Position numbers and translations under genes: made by a program
Notes under the pieces: model-generated
Seen by the model: only the letters and a program-made list of their open reading frames with translations
The model's database searches: none
What the model was told of the DNA's origin: nothing
Shown here: positions 63,178-64,000 of the stretch, piece by piece
How the letters are laid out: every line of letters begins with the position of its first letter
Numbering within the stretch: position 1 is the stretch's first letter
Source of the DNA: Gnetum montanum
Lineage: Eukaryota > Plantae > Gnetophyta
Direction of reading: 5' to 3'
DNA length: 64,000 nt
NCBI GenBank assembly: GCA_015680685.1
Contig: MNCI01001921.1
Location: 200,662 to 264,661, forward strand

Positions 63178-64000
63178 CTTAGCCTATATGACTTGGTCAT
63201 GACCTCCACTAACCACCATCAAGTGCTAGTGAAAATGATGACCTCTATTTCCATTAGCAAGGACATCCCTACTAGTGAAAAGTCCATCCATGCAATGATG
63301 GTAGTTCCCTTACCAAAGAAAGAAATGAGATCAACAACACTAGTGGTCCATGACAATGAAGTCAAAATAAACCCCCAAGATGGTGAGACAACTAAAGATT
63401 TCCTATTTATAATAATAAGGATAGGATAATACAAAGTACATAGGAGGCATGTTGATGATGGAGTGACAACTAACATAATACCCTATACCATTGTCAAACA
63501 TTTATGCCAAATAGAGCATATGCAATATACTTCAACTTCTACCCTTAAATCCTTCAATGGATCTCAGGTGGTCGTAAAAGGCTCAATTTATTTAGACTTT
63601 GTGGTAAGGGAATAATTCCCCATAACAGCAAACTTATTGGTGGTGGAAGAAACACCAAGATTCAATGTCATCATAGGCAAGCCTTGGCTAGATCAATTAT
63701 GAGTTGTTTCCTCATCCATCCACCAAGAAATTCACTTGCCTTATGAGGAAGGTAAAATAATCATCCATGGTGATAATGAAGTTCCTTTGGCAGTCAACAA
63801 CATTGACATTGAATAAGGATCCAAACTGGAGTTTTAGGAAGAAGCTAGTATTGTTAACCATAAAGTTGAGAAGCTTGATAGAGTAGGAGAGGGTAAAATT
63901 GACAATGATGAGCCAATGGATACACTATGGAAAGAGCAACCCTTCAATGTGATTGAAGGAAATGGGAAATAAAAGATTATGCAAAGTAGAAAATATACCT

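Larger units (their letters stand above)
48202..64000 (+). mobile_element. Ogre/Tat-type Ty3/gypsy element (5' LTR ~48202-49597, gag, protease), interrupted by element B and continuing beyond the window
   Basis: Putative LTR TGTTGT...CATAACA (start uncertain); PBS; gag PKYNGADDPNAHL...DWYHALPRGSI ~51480-51800; YHYHQLPIHDTYSCLALKNGLQKMVDNG knuckle ~52360-52440; after the insertion SLYDLVMTS and protease HVDDGVTTNIIP...FNVIIGKPWL. Confidence 0.8.

Overview
AT-rich, transposon-saturated nuclear DNA from a large land-plant genome. The lineage is not provable from the sequence; heavy C>T/G>A decay and the element types suggest a gymnosperm or fern. I recognise no intact host gene. Left to right: a decayed minus-strand Athila-type Ty3/gypsy element (1-~7.7 kb); an Athila remnant with a long env-like/coiled-coil extra ORF and 3' LTR (8.3-12.3 kb); an RTE LINE fragment; nested Athila remnants (12.7-17.2 kb); RTEX/L2-like LINE remnants; a tRNA-derived SINE; a 66-bp plastid 23S rRNA fragment; a SIRE-like Ty1/copia element (~23-31.4 kb); an unexplained GC-rich coding-like island (31.4-32.1 kb); an RTE 3' end; a Tat-like integrase remnant; a near full-length GC-rich L1 LINE followed by a 5'-truncated sister copy (38.1-45.4 kb); an inverted-repeat structure containing a second SINE copy; and an Ogre/Tat gypsy element (from ~48.2 kb) into which a complete Athila element (53159-63177, TSD CTTAG) has inserted. 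Single Ns flanked by ~40-50 bp duplications are assembly artefacts. I found no convincing novel multi-gene system. The most interesting signals are the TAG-dominated decay of the L1 ORF2, the putatively spliced env-like Athila ORF, the SINE family and the 31.4-32.1 kb island. Identities and divergences quoted are eyeballed, not computed.
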